From Alphaproteobacteria bacterium (lineage in GTDB: Bacteria > Pseudomonadota > Alphaproteobacteria > UBA1280 > UBA6503): a stretch of DNA of 64,000 nucleotides. Each line of letters begins with the position of its first letter. Position 1 is the first letter of the stretch. This document shows, piece after piece, positions 38,607-47,860 of the stretch. The position numbers and the translations under genes are program-made. Under the pieces are notes generated by a model. It did not search any database and had not been told where the DNA came from. It saw only the letters and a list, made by a program, of their open reading frames with translations. The stretch is taken from positions 490-64,489 of the forward strand of contig JAJFIW010000015.1 of the NCBI GenBank assembly GCA_021774615.1. The letters run 5' to 3'.

Positions 38607-39766
38607 TACAAATTAGCAACTAGCGTTTCTGTAAGGTCTGTTTTCTCCCAAGAGAAGTGCCCATCGGCTGTAGCTTTGCGGCCAAAGTGCCCGTAGCTAG
38701 CAGTTTTACTATAAATAGGGCGTGCTAGTTGCAAGTGCTCGCGGATACCACGTGGTGTTAACGACATAGACTTACGGATTGCATTAATAATACGATCTTC
38801 CGACAAGTTGCCTTTAATCGAACCAAACGTATCTACATAAATAGCCAATGGCTCGGGCACACCAATTGCGTAGCAAAGTTGGATTTCGCAATTATCGGCC
38901 AAGTCAGCAGCGACAATATTTTTTGCCAAATACCGAGCAGCATAAGCGGCACTTCGGTCTACCTTAGTATGGTCCTTCCCTGAAAAAGCACCGCCGCCGT
39001 GGCGAGACATACCGCCGTAGGTGTCTACAATAATTTTACGACCAGTAAGGCCAGTATCAACCCCAGGGCCGCCTTGAGCAAATGAACCTGTTGGATTTAC
39101 TAAAAATTTAGTGTCGCCATCTACCCAGTTTGTAGGGAATACTTTTTGGATAACAGGCCATACAACTTCTTTAAGTTCTTCAAGGCTTGTATCAGAGCTG
39201 TGTTGGTGCGAAACCAAAACTGTGTCAACCCGATATGGCACACCATTACGGAATGCAAGCGTTACTTGGCTTTTTGCATCAGGCTTTAGGCGGGTGTCGC
39301 CTGCATGGCGCATTTTTGCCAATTCCTCGAGGATACGGTGTGCATAATAAATTGGAGCAGGCATTAATGTATCGGTTTGGTTGGTTGCATAACCAAACAT
39401 AAGCCCCTGGTCGCCAGCGCCCTCTTCTTTTTTGCTGCCTGCGTCAACCCCTTGGGCGATTTCGGCCGCTTGGCTGTGGATGCGGTTGATAATTTCAACA
39501 CTTTCTGGGCTAAAGTCGTCTTCTTGGTAGCCAATTTTAGCGATTGTATCGCGAATAAGTGCGTCATAATCAGGAGTAAAGCTGCTGCGAATTTCGCCTG
39601 CTACTACTACAAGGTTGGTAGTAACTAATGTTTCAACTGCCACCCGTGCATGAGCGTCCTTAGCTAGAAAAGAATCTAATATAGCGTCAGAAATTTGGTC
39701 AGCAACCTTATCAGGATGTCCTTCTGATACAGATTCGCTGGTAAATAGATAATCTTTTGTTGTCAT
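38606..39766 (-). CDS. metK: S-adenosylmethionine synthetase
   Basis: TSESVSEGHPDKVADQISDAILD, GAGDQGLMFGYA, and the conserved MetK C-terminus. Preferred start is MTTKDYLF at 39766. The ORF track extends 15 codons further. Confidence 0.9.
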   Translation of the reverse strand: MTTKDYLFTSESVSEGHPDKVADQISDAILDSFLAKDAHARVAVETLVTTNLVVVAGEIRSSFTPDYDALIRDTIAKIGYQEDDFSPESVEIINRIHSQAAEIAQGVDAGSKKEEGAGDQGLMFGYATNQTDTLMPAPIYYAHRILEELAKMRHAGDTRLKPDAKSQVTLAFRNGVPYRVDTVLVSHQHSSDTSLEELKEVVWPVIQKVFPTNWVDGDTKFLVNPTGSFAQGGPGVDTGLTGRKIIVDTYGGMSRHGGGAFSGKDHTKVDRSAAYAARYLAKNIVAADLADNCEIQLCYAIGVPEPLAIYVDTFGSIKGNLSEDRIINAIRKSMSLTPRGIREHLQLARPIYSKTASYGHFGRKATADGHFSWEKTDLTETLVANL

Positions 39767-39918
39767 GAGATTACTTTCTTTTTTTATATAAATAGGGTTT
39801 AATCTTTGCACATTGGCAGTATCATTGTCTAGGTTATAACAAATACACTACAAAAAAAATAGAGGTAAACATCATTATTATTATTGGTTATTTACTTGCA
39901 CTACTTGCAGGTATAACA

Positions 39919-40674
39919 ATGGGGCTTATTGGTGGTGGTGGTTCTATTTTAACCGTACCTATTTTAGTATACCTATTTGCGGCCCCTCCTGTTATGGCTA
40001 CAGCTTATTCCTTATTAATTGTTGGAGTTGCTGCACTTATTGCAGCATGGCGATACGGGCTTAAAGGGCTGATAGACTATAAAACAGGCCTTATTTTTGC
40101 AATACCATCAGCATTTGGAGTATGGATAGCAAGGTCTTACCTTGTACCAAACCTACCAGACATTATTTACCAGTCTGACGTATTTAGTATTAATAAAGAC
40201 CAGTTTATTATGCTGTTGTTTGCAACTTTGATGATAACAACCTCGCTCCTGATGCTCCGTAGCCATAAAATGCCATTACGAGATATCTCCACATCCCCTA
40301 AAAAATGGAACTTTATTGGGTTTGGTGGTTTTTCGATTGGAGTTGTTGCAGGCATTGTTGGTGTTGGTGGTGGTTTCTTGATTGTTCCTGCGCTTAATCT
40401 TTTAATAGGGCTGCCAATAAAGAGAGCTATTGCCACATCGTTAGCAATTATTGCAGCACAATCGTTAATTGGTTTTTCTGGCGACTTAATGGCTGGGTTT
40501 ATTATTGACTGGGCGTTTGCTTCTATATTTATAGGGCTTACTATTGCAGGCATGCTAACTGGGGTTGCTTTGTCGGCAAAAATATCTGAACATCGCTTAA
40601 AACATATATTTGGCTTGTTTGTGCTTATTCTTGGTTTACTAATTTTAGCTGACCAAATATCTAATGCCTTATAA
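39919..40674 (+). CDS. TauE/SafE (DUF81) family sulfite/anion exporter. The true start is probably upstream at a non-canonical ATT/ATC codon
   Basis: Two GxGGG-containing half-repeats (GLIGGGGSILTVPIL and GIVGVGGGFLIVPAL). The upstream in-frame region is stop-free and encodes a hydrophobic NIIIIGYLLALLAGIT preceded by AGAGGT. Confidence 0.75.
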   Translation: MGLIGGGGSILTVPILVYLFAAPPVMATAYSLLIVGVAALIAAWRYGLKGLIDYKTGLIFAIPSAFGVWIARSYLVPNLPDIIYQSDVFSINKDQFIMLLFATLMITTSLLMLRSHKMPLRDISTSPKKWNFIGFGGFSIGVVAGIVGVGGGFLIVPALNLLIGLPIKRAIATSLAIIAAQSLIGFSGDLMAGFIIDWAFASIFIGLTIAGMLTGVALSAKISEHRLKHIFGLFVLILGLLILADQISNAL

Positions 40675-40689
40675 AATAGGAAATTTTCA

Positions 40690-41550
40690 ATGTTGCATGT
40701 AAAACCATTCCCACACTCACAAAGCGGTACAATTAGTTATATAGTGCACGATGGTAAGACCGGCGCAGTTATTGACCCAGTTCTAGACTTTGACTACCAC
40801 TCTGGTCGCTCTAGTACAACCCATGCCGACAAACAGTTAGAGTATATTAATGAACACAGCCTTAAAATAGAGTGGGTTCTAGAAACCCATGCCCATGCCG
40901 ATCATTTAACCGCAGCGCCATATATAAAAGAGCACACAAACAGCAAAATTGCGATTGGTGAACATATAAACAAGGTTATATCTACCTTTGCTAAAATCTT
41001 TAATGATAAAGAAGCCACCAACAACCCCAAAGCACCATTTGACCATTTATTTGCCGATAAAGAGGAATTTTCTATTGGAGGGTTAACAGTTCGTTATATG
41101 CATACCCCCGGCCATACCCCTGCTTGTGGCATATATGTTGTAGAAAATGAAATAGCATTTGTTGGTGACACATTATTTATGCCCGACTCTGGCACTGCTC
41201 GGTGCGACTTCCCTGGTGGTGATGCTGGAAAGTTGTACGACTCTATCACCGAGAAGATATTTTCTCTATCTGACGATACAACCCTTTACATGTGCCACGA
41301 CTATGGTGCAGGTGGAAGCAGGGAAATTGCATGGCAAACGACAGTATTTGAACAAAAGAAAAATAATACCAACATCGGCAACAACAGAACAAAAGAAGAG
41401 TTTATAAAAAACAAACTCGCCCGCGATAAAACTTTAGATTTACCAAAGCTGATTATTCCAGCAATCCAAGTTAATATTAGAGCAGGCAATTTCCCTGCAC
41501 CTGAAGACAATGGCACCACATACCTTAAAATACCTATTAATAAGCTGTAG
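40690..41550 (+). CDS. MBL-fold metallohydrolase, probable persulfide dioxygenase (ETHE1/Blh-like)
   Basis: ETHAHADH metal-binding motif. About 286 aa. Coupled 15 nt downstream of tauE. Confidence 0.6.
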   Translation: MLHVKPFPHSQSGTISYIVHDGKTGAVIDPVLDFDYHSGRSSTTHADKQLEYINEHSLKIEWVLETHAHADHLTAAPYIKEHTNSKIAIGEHINKVISTFAKIFNDKEATNNPKAPFDHLFADKEEFSIGGLTVRYMHTPGHTPACGIYVVENEIAFVGDTLFMPDSGTARCDFPGGDAGKLYDSITEKIFSLSDDTTLYMCHDYGAGGSREIAWQTTVFEQKKNNTNIGNNRTKEEFIKNKLARDKTLDLPKLIIPAIQVNIRAGNFPAPEDNGTTYLKIPINKL

Positions 41551-41672
41551 GTAGGTATTTATTACTTATATTTACAAATAAAAGCTCTTTCAATAAAACC
41601 CCCTACCAGCATAGTAGAGGGTTTTTTATTGAGAACCTTTGGCGCTAATCACTCATCACCTTGATGTAATCA

Positions 41673-42668
41673 TTATTTTAGTGCAGCAGCTTTTGCTTCG
41701 CTATTTTCTAACAATAGTTTGTTAAAAGGCTCCATGCTTTCTTTTATTATACTTTGTATATTTGCCATACCTGAAAAGTCTGTACGGATACGCGCAATAG
41801 TTGCTTTGCCGGCAGCATTTATATCTTGTCTCTCTTTATCGAAATCCCGAAGTGTAGATCCCTTCCTTGCAGCAACTATTGTGCTTACAGAACTCTGTAT
41901 ATCACTCTGTAGAGCAACTCTTTTTGCAGCAGTTTTTACTTTAGCTACAGCATGTCTTTTGTTAGATTCTTCTTTTTCTTTCTTAGCAAGGGAAATAGTC
42001 TGCTTTTGTATAGAAGAAGGCTGCGCATCAAAATCAATTAGTCCGTTCTTTCCTTTAATATCTTTTAGTCTAAGCCCTATCAAGCTATTGGCAAATGACT
42101 CTCCTCCAGCAGCAACAGCCATTACTCTAAGAGACTCCGGAAGAGTAATCTTATCGTTACGCAGGAGAGCCATATCTAGAGCAACTCTAAATGCCTCTTG
42201 GCTACTTTGTCTGTCTGTCTTTGGAATTACCATGTACTGCGTATCAACATTTTTTACAGCATTTCTTTCAGCAACTTCTTCTCTAACTTCTTCTCTAATT
42301 TCAGTAGCTCTTTTGTTAGCAAGGTTAGCTACTGTCTGTTGTCTATCTTTATTATGTAATCTCTTGGTAAGATTAGAACGTTTTTGTTCTAACTCTTCTT
42401 CTGAGAAAGAACCTGTGGTCGCTAATTTAGCAATATACCTATCAATTCGTGCTGCACGTTCTTGATTACGTTTTTCTGCCATATCCCTGCGGATATCGTT
42501 GCTTGAAACTGACCTATTAGATAATTCTCCTCGTTCATTACCTTGATGCAACCCTTGTGCATAAGATACTGTAGCTATACCTGACGCAACAAAAGTTACA
42601 ACAAGCGTTGCTAATATTAACTGATTGGATTTTCTAGAAAACATACTTTTTACCCCTAACGATAACAA
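41673..42668 (-). CDS. Secreted hypothetical protein (signal peptide, charged coiled-coil-like)
   Basis: N-terminal signal peptide ...ATVSYAQG followed by highly charged sequence. Confidence 0.4.
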   Translation of the reverse strand: MLSLGVKSMFSRKSNQLILATLVVTFVASGIATVSYAQGLHQGNERGELSNRSVSSNDIRRDMAEKRNQERAARIDRYIAKLATTGSFSEEELEQKRSNLTKRLHNKDRQQTVANLANKRATEIREEVREEVAERNAVKNVDTQYMVIPKTDRQSSQEAFRVALDMALLRNDKITLPESLRVMAVAAGGESFANSLIGLRLKDIKGKNGLIDFDAQPSSIQKQTISLAKKEKEESNKRHAVAKVKTAAKRVALQSDIQSSVSTIVAARKGSTLRDFDKERQDINAAGKATIARIRTDFSGMANIQSIIKESMEPFNKLLLENSEAKAAALK

Positions 42669-42844
42669 TAAAACTTATACAACAACCAGTCTTAGGTTTT
42701 TATGAAAAGCCTACTGAGTTTAATTATCTTACCCCTTTTTAAAATATAATGATTGTTATAAGCATTTTCAATACTTATAGTCTTTTTCTATAAGAGATTC
42801 TTTTTTCTGTTAAATTACAGTAAAAATATGCTAAATATCTATGT

Positions 42845-43318
42845 ATGAATGAATTTCTTATTGAAAACTTATGGGGCGACGAGCTTGGCTTTGAGCAGGT
42901 GGATGTATGGATAAAACAAGCTGCCACTGCTACAACCACTGCACTAAGCCCGGTTGATTGTTACGGCGAGGACTGGGCTGTAGGACTTAGGCTAAGCTAT
43001 AATGACGATGTACAGGCACTTAATAAGCAATTTCGTGGCAAAGATAAACCCACCAACGTTTTATCTTTTCCTGCCGACACAACCTTTACTCCACCTGACG
43101 AACCTATATACCTAGGTGATATTGTTTTTGCAGCCGAAACAGTTGCTCGTGAAGCTAAAGAGCAAAATAAGATTCTCCAGCATCATCTCCAGCACCTAAC
43201 TGTACATGGTCTGTTACATATTTTTGGTTATGACCATATGAATGATAGTGAAGCTAAAATAATGGAAAGTCTTGAAGTTTTAGTGTTAAAATCGTTAAAT
43301 ATAGATAACCCGTATTAA
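42845..43318 (+). CDS. ybeY: Endoribonuclease YbeY (rRNA maturation factor)
   Basis: HGLLHIFGYDHMND metal-binding motif (H-x3-H-x5-H). Confidence 0.85.
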   Translation: MNEFLIENLWGDELGFEQVDVWIKQAATATTTALSPVDCYGEDWAVGLRLSYNDDVQALNKQFRGKDKPTNVLSFPADTTFTPPDEPIYLGDIVFAAETVAREAKEQNKILQHHLQHLTVHGLLHIFGYDHMNDSEAKIMESLEVLVLKSLNIDNPY

Positions 43319-43337
43319 TTTTGAAAGTTACAACCAT

Positions 43338-44303
43338 ATGAACACCTCTTCTTCTGAAGAAATAAAGCCTCCGGCTGAGACGATTACAATTGAAGTTACA
43401 GAAAGAACAAGAGCAAGCTCTTCCTTTTTGGATCGTCTTAAAAAATTATTCAAGCGCAACGGCGAACGCGACGAAGACTTAATGGAGCTGGTTAATGCTC
43501 GTGAAGAGGGAACCGACACTCCTTTGTCACCTGAAGAAAAGGCACTAGTAGCCGCAGCATTAGAGTTTTCAACCCAAACTGCCGACAGTGTGTCTATCCC
43601 TAGAGCTGACATGGTTACATTACATATCGACACCTGCTTTAAAGAAACAATTAAAACTTTCGCCGACTGCCAGCACTCTAGATTACCTGTTATTAGAGAC
43701 AACCTAGACGATATTATTGGTTTTATTACCTTAAAGGACATGTCTCGCTTTATTAACAATGACAAAACATTTAAGTTATCTGACAATTTACGCCCCTGTA
43801 CTTTTGTGCCTGACAACCTTTCGGTTGCTAAAGTTTTAGAAGATATGCGCAAAGAAAAAGTACAAATGGCAATCGTGGTTGACGAATACGGCGGAACATC
43901 AGGGCTTATTACCTTAAAAGACATTATCGAAGTTTTGGTAGGTGAAATGGAAGATGAACACGAAACGTCCACCCCTGAGATGATAACACCTATTGGTGAG
44001 GACAAACTAGCCCTTGACCCACGCCTTCCAATTGAAGACCTAGAAGAACACCTAAACGCTGAGTTTATTCTAAAAGATAACAACGATGTAGAACTTGAAC
44101 GAGACTTTGAAACCGTGGGTGGGTTAGTTTTTGCAATTGCACGGCGAGTCCCAGAAATTGGTGAGAGCTTTACAACAGGTAATAGCTACCACTTTACTAT
44201 TATTGACGCCGATGGACGACGGCTAAAGAAAATAGAATTATCGCACAATCCAGACATTAAAACTAATAGCTATCCACCAACTGTAGATGCTGAAACAAGC
44301 TAG
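43338..44303 (+). CDS. corC: CBS-pair plus CorC_HlyC domain protein (CorC/TlyC family)
   Basis: Two CBS domains and a C-terminal transporter-associated domain. Conserved ybeY-corC-lnt synteny. Confidence 0.8.
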   Translation: MNTSSSEEIKPPAETITIEVTERTRASSSFLDRLKKLFKRNGERDEDLMELVNAREEGTDTPLSPEEKALVAAALEFSTQTADSVSIPRADMVTLHIDTCFKETIKTFADCQHSRLPVIRDNLDDIIGFITLKDMSRFINNDKTFKLSDNLRPCTFVPDNLSVAKVLEDMRKEKVQMAIVVDEYGGTSGLITLKDIIEVLVGEMEDEHETSTPEMITPIGEDKLALDPRLPIEDLEEHLNAEFILKDNNDVELERDFETVGGLVFAIARRVPEIGESFTTGNSYHFTIIDADGRRLKKIELSHNPDIKTNSYPPTVDAETS

Positions 44304-44317
44304 ATAGACATATATAA

Positions 44318-45733
44318 ATGCGCACTACTATTAATAAATTACCAATATTTATAGTTGGTGTAATATCAGCAGTAGGTTTTGCTCCTCTTTTTTGGTGGCC
44401 TATTACTATAGCTGGTCTTTATTTATTATTTAAACGCCTATTTTATAATAATCAACTTTCCCCACAAGCTATCTTTATTCAGAGCTGGCTATTTGGGCTT
44501 GGGTTTTCATGTGCAAGCTTGTGGTGGGTTGGTGGCTCGTTTAGGTTTACCCCTTATGGCATGTGGGGGCTAACTATCGCACCATTTGCAGTTCTTGGTT
44601 TATCTGCCATTATGGCTATTCTAATAGCAATTCCAGTAGTTAGTGCAGGCTATATTAGAAAATGGATCCCGGCGGCTATGTTCCCGCTTACTATTGCACT
44701 GTTTTGGGTAGGTGGTGAATGGCTACGAGGCCTAACTATTTACGGCTTTCCATGGCATTTATTAGGCTACACCCTTGCAGGTAACCTTCCCTTAATGCAG
44801 AGCGCATCTTTAGGAGGGGTTTGGTTATTAAGTATAATGGTCATTCTGCCTGCTACTGTTCTTGCTCTACAGCCTAATAGAAAGCTAATAGCAATTCATC
44901 TTATCCCTATTATTATGCTTATAGGTTGGGGCTGGCAACGTATACACAACGTTCAAGCACTACCTATACAGAATACGGCCATTATCATACAACCGAATAT
45001 CCCGCAGGATTTAAAGTGGAGTGGTAACCCTGCCCTACAAACACGTGAAATCCTAGACATGATAGATAAATTCAGCAAACCGAACCACCTTGTTGTACTC
45101 CCTGAAACAGCAATAACCTTTATTAAAGAAGATATCCCCAATATAGAAACCATTATCGCAGACAGGCTAAAAGTAGACAGCACATTAGTAACAGGTATAC
45201 CAAGTAGAAGAGATGGCAAATACTATAACAGTATGCTGTCTATAAACAGCAATGCCGAGCTTGTTGGATTATACGACAAAAAGAAATTGGTTCCTTTTGG
45301 GGAATTTGTACCATTACGAGAATTAATGCCTTCTTTTATCCAAAATATGACTCAGGGTGGAGAATACTCCAGAGGAAAATCTCCTAATAATTTAAATACA
45401 AGTTTTGGTAATGTGCTTCCTCTGATATGTTATGAAGCTATTTTTCCACAAAATATCATCAAGACTGCCATCACAATGCAACCTAAGTTCATGATTAATA
45501 TAACTAATGATGGATGGTTCGATAATACTTCTGGGCCTTATCAGCACTTTGCCATTGCTAGAGTTCGCTCTGTTGAAACAGGGCTAGGGCAAATACGTGC
45601 AGCTAATACTGGTATAAGCGCTATTATTGATGGCTATGGCAGAGTGCTAAATCGTATCAAAATAAAACATTCGTATTATATTGATGGTATCATTCCAATA
45701 CAGATTGATACGGTTTTCCGTCGGTTACAATAA
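44318..45733 (+). CDS. lnt: Apolipoprotein N-acyltransferase
   Basis: N-terminal multi-TM domain followed by a nitrilase-fold domain with LICYEAIFP (catalytic Cys). Confidence 0.85.
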   Translation: MRTTINKLPIFIVGVISAVGFAPLFWWPITIAGLYLLFKRLFYNNQLSPQAIFIQSWLFGLGFSCASLWWVGGSFRFTPYGMWGLTIAPFAVLGLSAIMAILIAIPVVSAGYIRKWIPAAMFPLTIALFWVGGEWLRGLTIYGFPWHLLGYTLAGNLPLMQSASLGGVWLLSIMVILPATVLALQPNRKLIAIHLIPIIMLIGWGWQRIHNVQALPIQNTAIIIQPNIPQDLKWSGNPALQTREILDMIDKFSKPNHLVVLPETAITFIKEDIPNIETIIADRLKVDSTLVTGIPSRRDGKYYNSMLSINSNAELVGLYDKKKLVPFGEFVPLRELMPSFIQNMTQGGEYSRGKSPNNLNTSFGNVLPLICYEAIFPQNIIKTAITMQPKFMINITNDGWFDNTSGPYQHFAIARVRSVETGLGQIRAANTGISAIIDGYGRVLNRIKIKHSYYIDGIIPIQIDTVFRRLQ

Positions 45734-45978
45734 AAAATAGTATTATTAATTGCACTACAATCACAGGTAATCAATAAATTTAATCACACGTTAAAATAGT
45801 TTTTTATCAATAGTTTATTGACACTTATTTAATTTTGCGCCAAAAAGGAATAATGTATTATGTATATAACAATGTGTATATAAAGTAGAAAGGAAAACTC
45901 ACTTACCAAGTTTTGGTCTCTGGCTTGCAACTTTACAGGGTAGAAGCACGAGAAAAACAACTTAGGTATAGAGGTATT

Positions 45979-46395
45979 ATGATGACAAAGAGATATTCTT
46001 CAACTAACCCAGATCCTATTGACAAGCATGTGGGCTCTCGCATCCGCATTCGCCGTAGCCTATTGAGCATGAGCCAAGAAAGACTAGCTGATGCCTTGGG
46101 CATTACGTTTCAACAAATTCAGAAATATGAAAGTGGTGCAAACCGTGTTGGCTCGAGCCGCCTATTTAATATCTCGAAAATTCTTGGTGTATCTATCGAC
46201 TTTTTCTTCCAAGACATTGAAGTTAGCCCTAGCACCCCTGTTCTAAGAGCTGCAGAAGACAAAGCTAAGTCTCTTCAAGAAGAAGATATTATGAATAAAC
46301 GGGAAACGGTAAACCTAGTGCGCCATTACTACGCTATTAAAGACCAAGATGTTCGTAAAAAAGTACAAGAAATGGTTAAAAGCCTAGCAACTTAG
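45979..46395 (+). CDS. XRE-family helix-turn-helix transcriptional regulator
   Basis: HTH segment LSMSQERLADALGITFQQIQKYESGANRV. Preferred start is the ATGATG at 45979, which has AGAGG upstream. Confidence 0.7.
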   Translation: MMTKRYSSTNPDPIDKHVGSRIRIRRSLLSMSQERLADALGITFQQIQKYESGANRVGSSRLFNISKILGVSIDFFFQDIEVSPSTPVLRAAEDKAKSLQEEDIMNKRETVNLVRHYYAIKDQDVRKKVQEMVKSLAT

Positions 46396-46425
46396 AATGT
46401 GTTATAAGATAAAGGAGAGAGCAAG

Positions 46426-46704
46426 ATGATCCAGTACTCACTCGCAACAGCTAAAAATAATGAGACAATTATTAAAGTACACCATGACTATGGCGACTTT
46501 AGCTTCTACATTATCCCAAGTAAGGATAATGACGCTGCTTACTCTTGGGCCTCAGACCCTGTAATTAAAGACAAAAAGGTCGGTGATATTATTGCTAATC
46601 AAGCTGTACAGTCAATTGCTCTTTTTGCAAAAAGTGATACTAAAGAAATGAGTTTCAAAGAAATGCTAGCAGCATTAAAGCAAGCATCTATCATGGCAAA
46701 ATAA
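46426..46704 (+). CDS. Hypothetical small protein (92 aa)
   Basis: AAGGAGAGAG Shine-Dalgarno. No motif. Confidence 0.35.
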   Translation: MIQYSLATAKNNETIIKVHHDYGDFSFYIIPSKDNDAAYSWASDPVIKDKKVGDIIANQAVQSIALFAKSDTKEMSFKEMLAALKQASIMAK

Positions 46705-46708
46705 TTAT

Positions 46709-46737
46709 AACCCCTCATTTTAGAGGGGTTATTTATT
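46709..46737. terminator. Bidirectional terminator aacccctc-atttta-gaggggtt
   Basis: Seen in the sequence between convergent genes. Confidence 0.55.
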
Positions 46738-46739
46738 AC

Positions 46740-47807
46740 TTAGTCGCCGAGGCGCATATTAATTTGTCGGTCACGCTCGTTATAAGCTTGAACTATAGTA
46801 GATACTAACTGATGGCGAACAACATCAGCCTCAGTAAAACGAATAGCCTCGATACCATCTAGCCCTTCAAGAACTTCTAGTACGTCTTTCATGCCAGACT
46901 TTTGCCCATGTTTAAGGTCAACTTGTGATGGGTCGCCACTAATTACCATTCTCGAGCCTTCACCAAGGCGAGTTAGGAACATCTTCATTTGTGCGGCAGT
47001 AGTGTTTTGTGCTTCATCAAGCATGATGAATGCATCTGTTAGGGTGCGCCCACGCATATAGGCAAGTGGTGCAATCTCGATAATGTTTTGTTCTTGGAGT
47101 TGTTTTACCCGCTCTTGGCCAATCATCTCGTTCATAGCATCAAAAAATGGGCGTAGGTATGGGTCGACCTTCTCTTCAAGTGTTCCTGGTAAAAAGCCAA
47201 GGCTTTCGCCAGCTTCTACCACAGGGCGAGTTAAAATAATGCGTTTTACTTGCTTGCTAACTAACATGCTAATTGCCAATGCTGTCGCAAGGTAAGTTTT
47301 ACCTGTACCTGCAGGCCCAATCCCGAAAACTAACGAGCAGGATTTAAGCGCATTTACATACACATGTTGCTGCACCGAGCGTGGAGAAACTTTTTTGTTA
47401 GGGGTATTAATAATAGCTTGCCCACTCATCAGGTCAGAGGGGCGCACACGAGTGTTAATTAGGCCATCTGTCATTCGCAATGCAGCGTCTACTTGCGACG
47501 GGGTAATAGGTAGGCCACTTTCGGCAATTTCGTATAAGTCTTGGAGAATAATTTTTGCTTTTTCGGCTTGTTCTACATTACCAAAAATAGCTATTTGATT
47601 GCCCCGCACAACTATCTGTACACCTAAGCGATCTTCAATATGGACAATATGTGCGTCATGGCGACCACATAGTTCTTGTAGCTTATTATTGTCAGAAAAT
47701 TCAAGACGTAAAGAATGTTCTTTGTCTTTACCATTTACTTGAGATTTAGCAGTCTTATCACCTTTAGGTGTTACGATAACTTCATCAGAATTCTTATTTT
47801 GCGCCAT
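46740..47807 (-). CDS. phoH: PhoH-like ATPase (YbeZ) with an N-terminal KH-like extension
   Basis: Walker A GPAGTGKTYLA. PhoH core. miaB-phoH synteny. Confidence 0.85.
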   Translation of the reverse strand: MAQNKNSDEVIVTPKGDKTAKSQVNGKDKEHSLRLEFSDNNKLQELCGRHDAHIVHIEDRLGVQIVVRGNQIAIFGNVEQAEKAKIILQDLYEIAESGLPITPSQVDAALRMTDGLINTRVRPSDLMSGQAIINTPNKKVSPRSVQQHVYVNALKSCSLVFGIGPAGTGKTYLATALAISMLVSKQVKRIILTRPVVEAGESLGFLPGTLEEKVDPYLRPFFDAMNEMIGQERVKQLQEQNIIEIAPLAYMRGRTLTDAFIMLDEAQNTTAAQMKMFLTRLGEGSRMVISGDPSQVDLKHGQKSGMKDVLEVLEGLDGIEAIRFTEADVVRHQLVSTIVQAYNERDRQINMRLGD

Positions 47808-47860
47808 TAATAGCTACTTTCTTTTTAAAAACTAACAAAAACAGCATCTTTAATGTAGTT

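Noticed and set aside
41719-42465. 248-aa plus-strand ORF antisense to the secreted hypothetical protein
   Set aside because: It mirrors the minus-strand gene, which has a clear signal peptide. The plus-strand ORF is Leu/Ser-rich shadow sequence.
46426-46704. 92-aa ORF as a possible tenth member of the novel family
   Set aside because: Only a loose NNETIIKV resemblance at the N-terminus. It lacks the F-NA-G and W--YL blocks.
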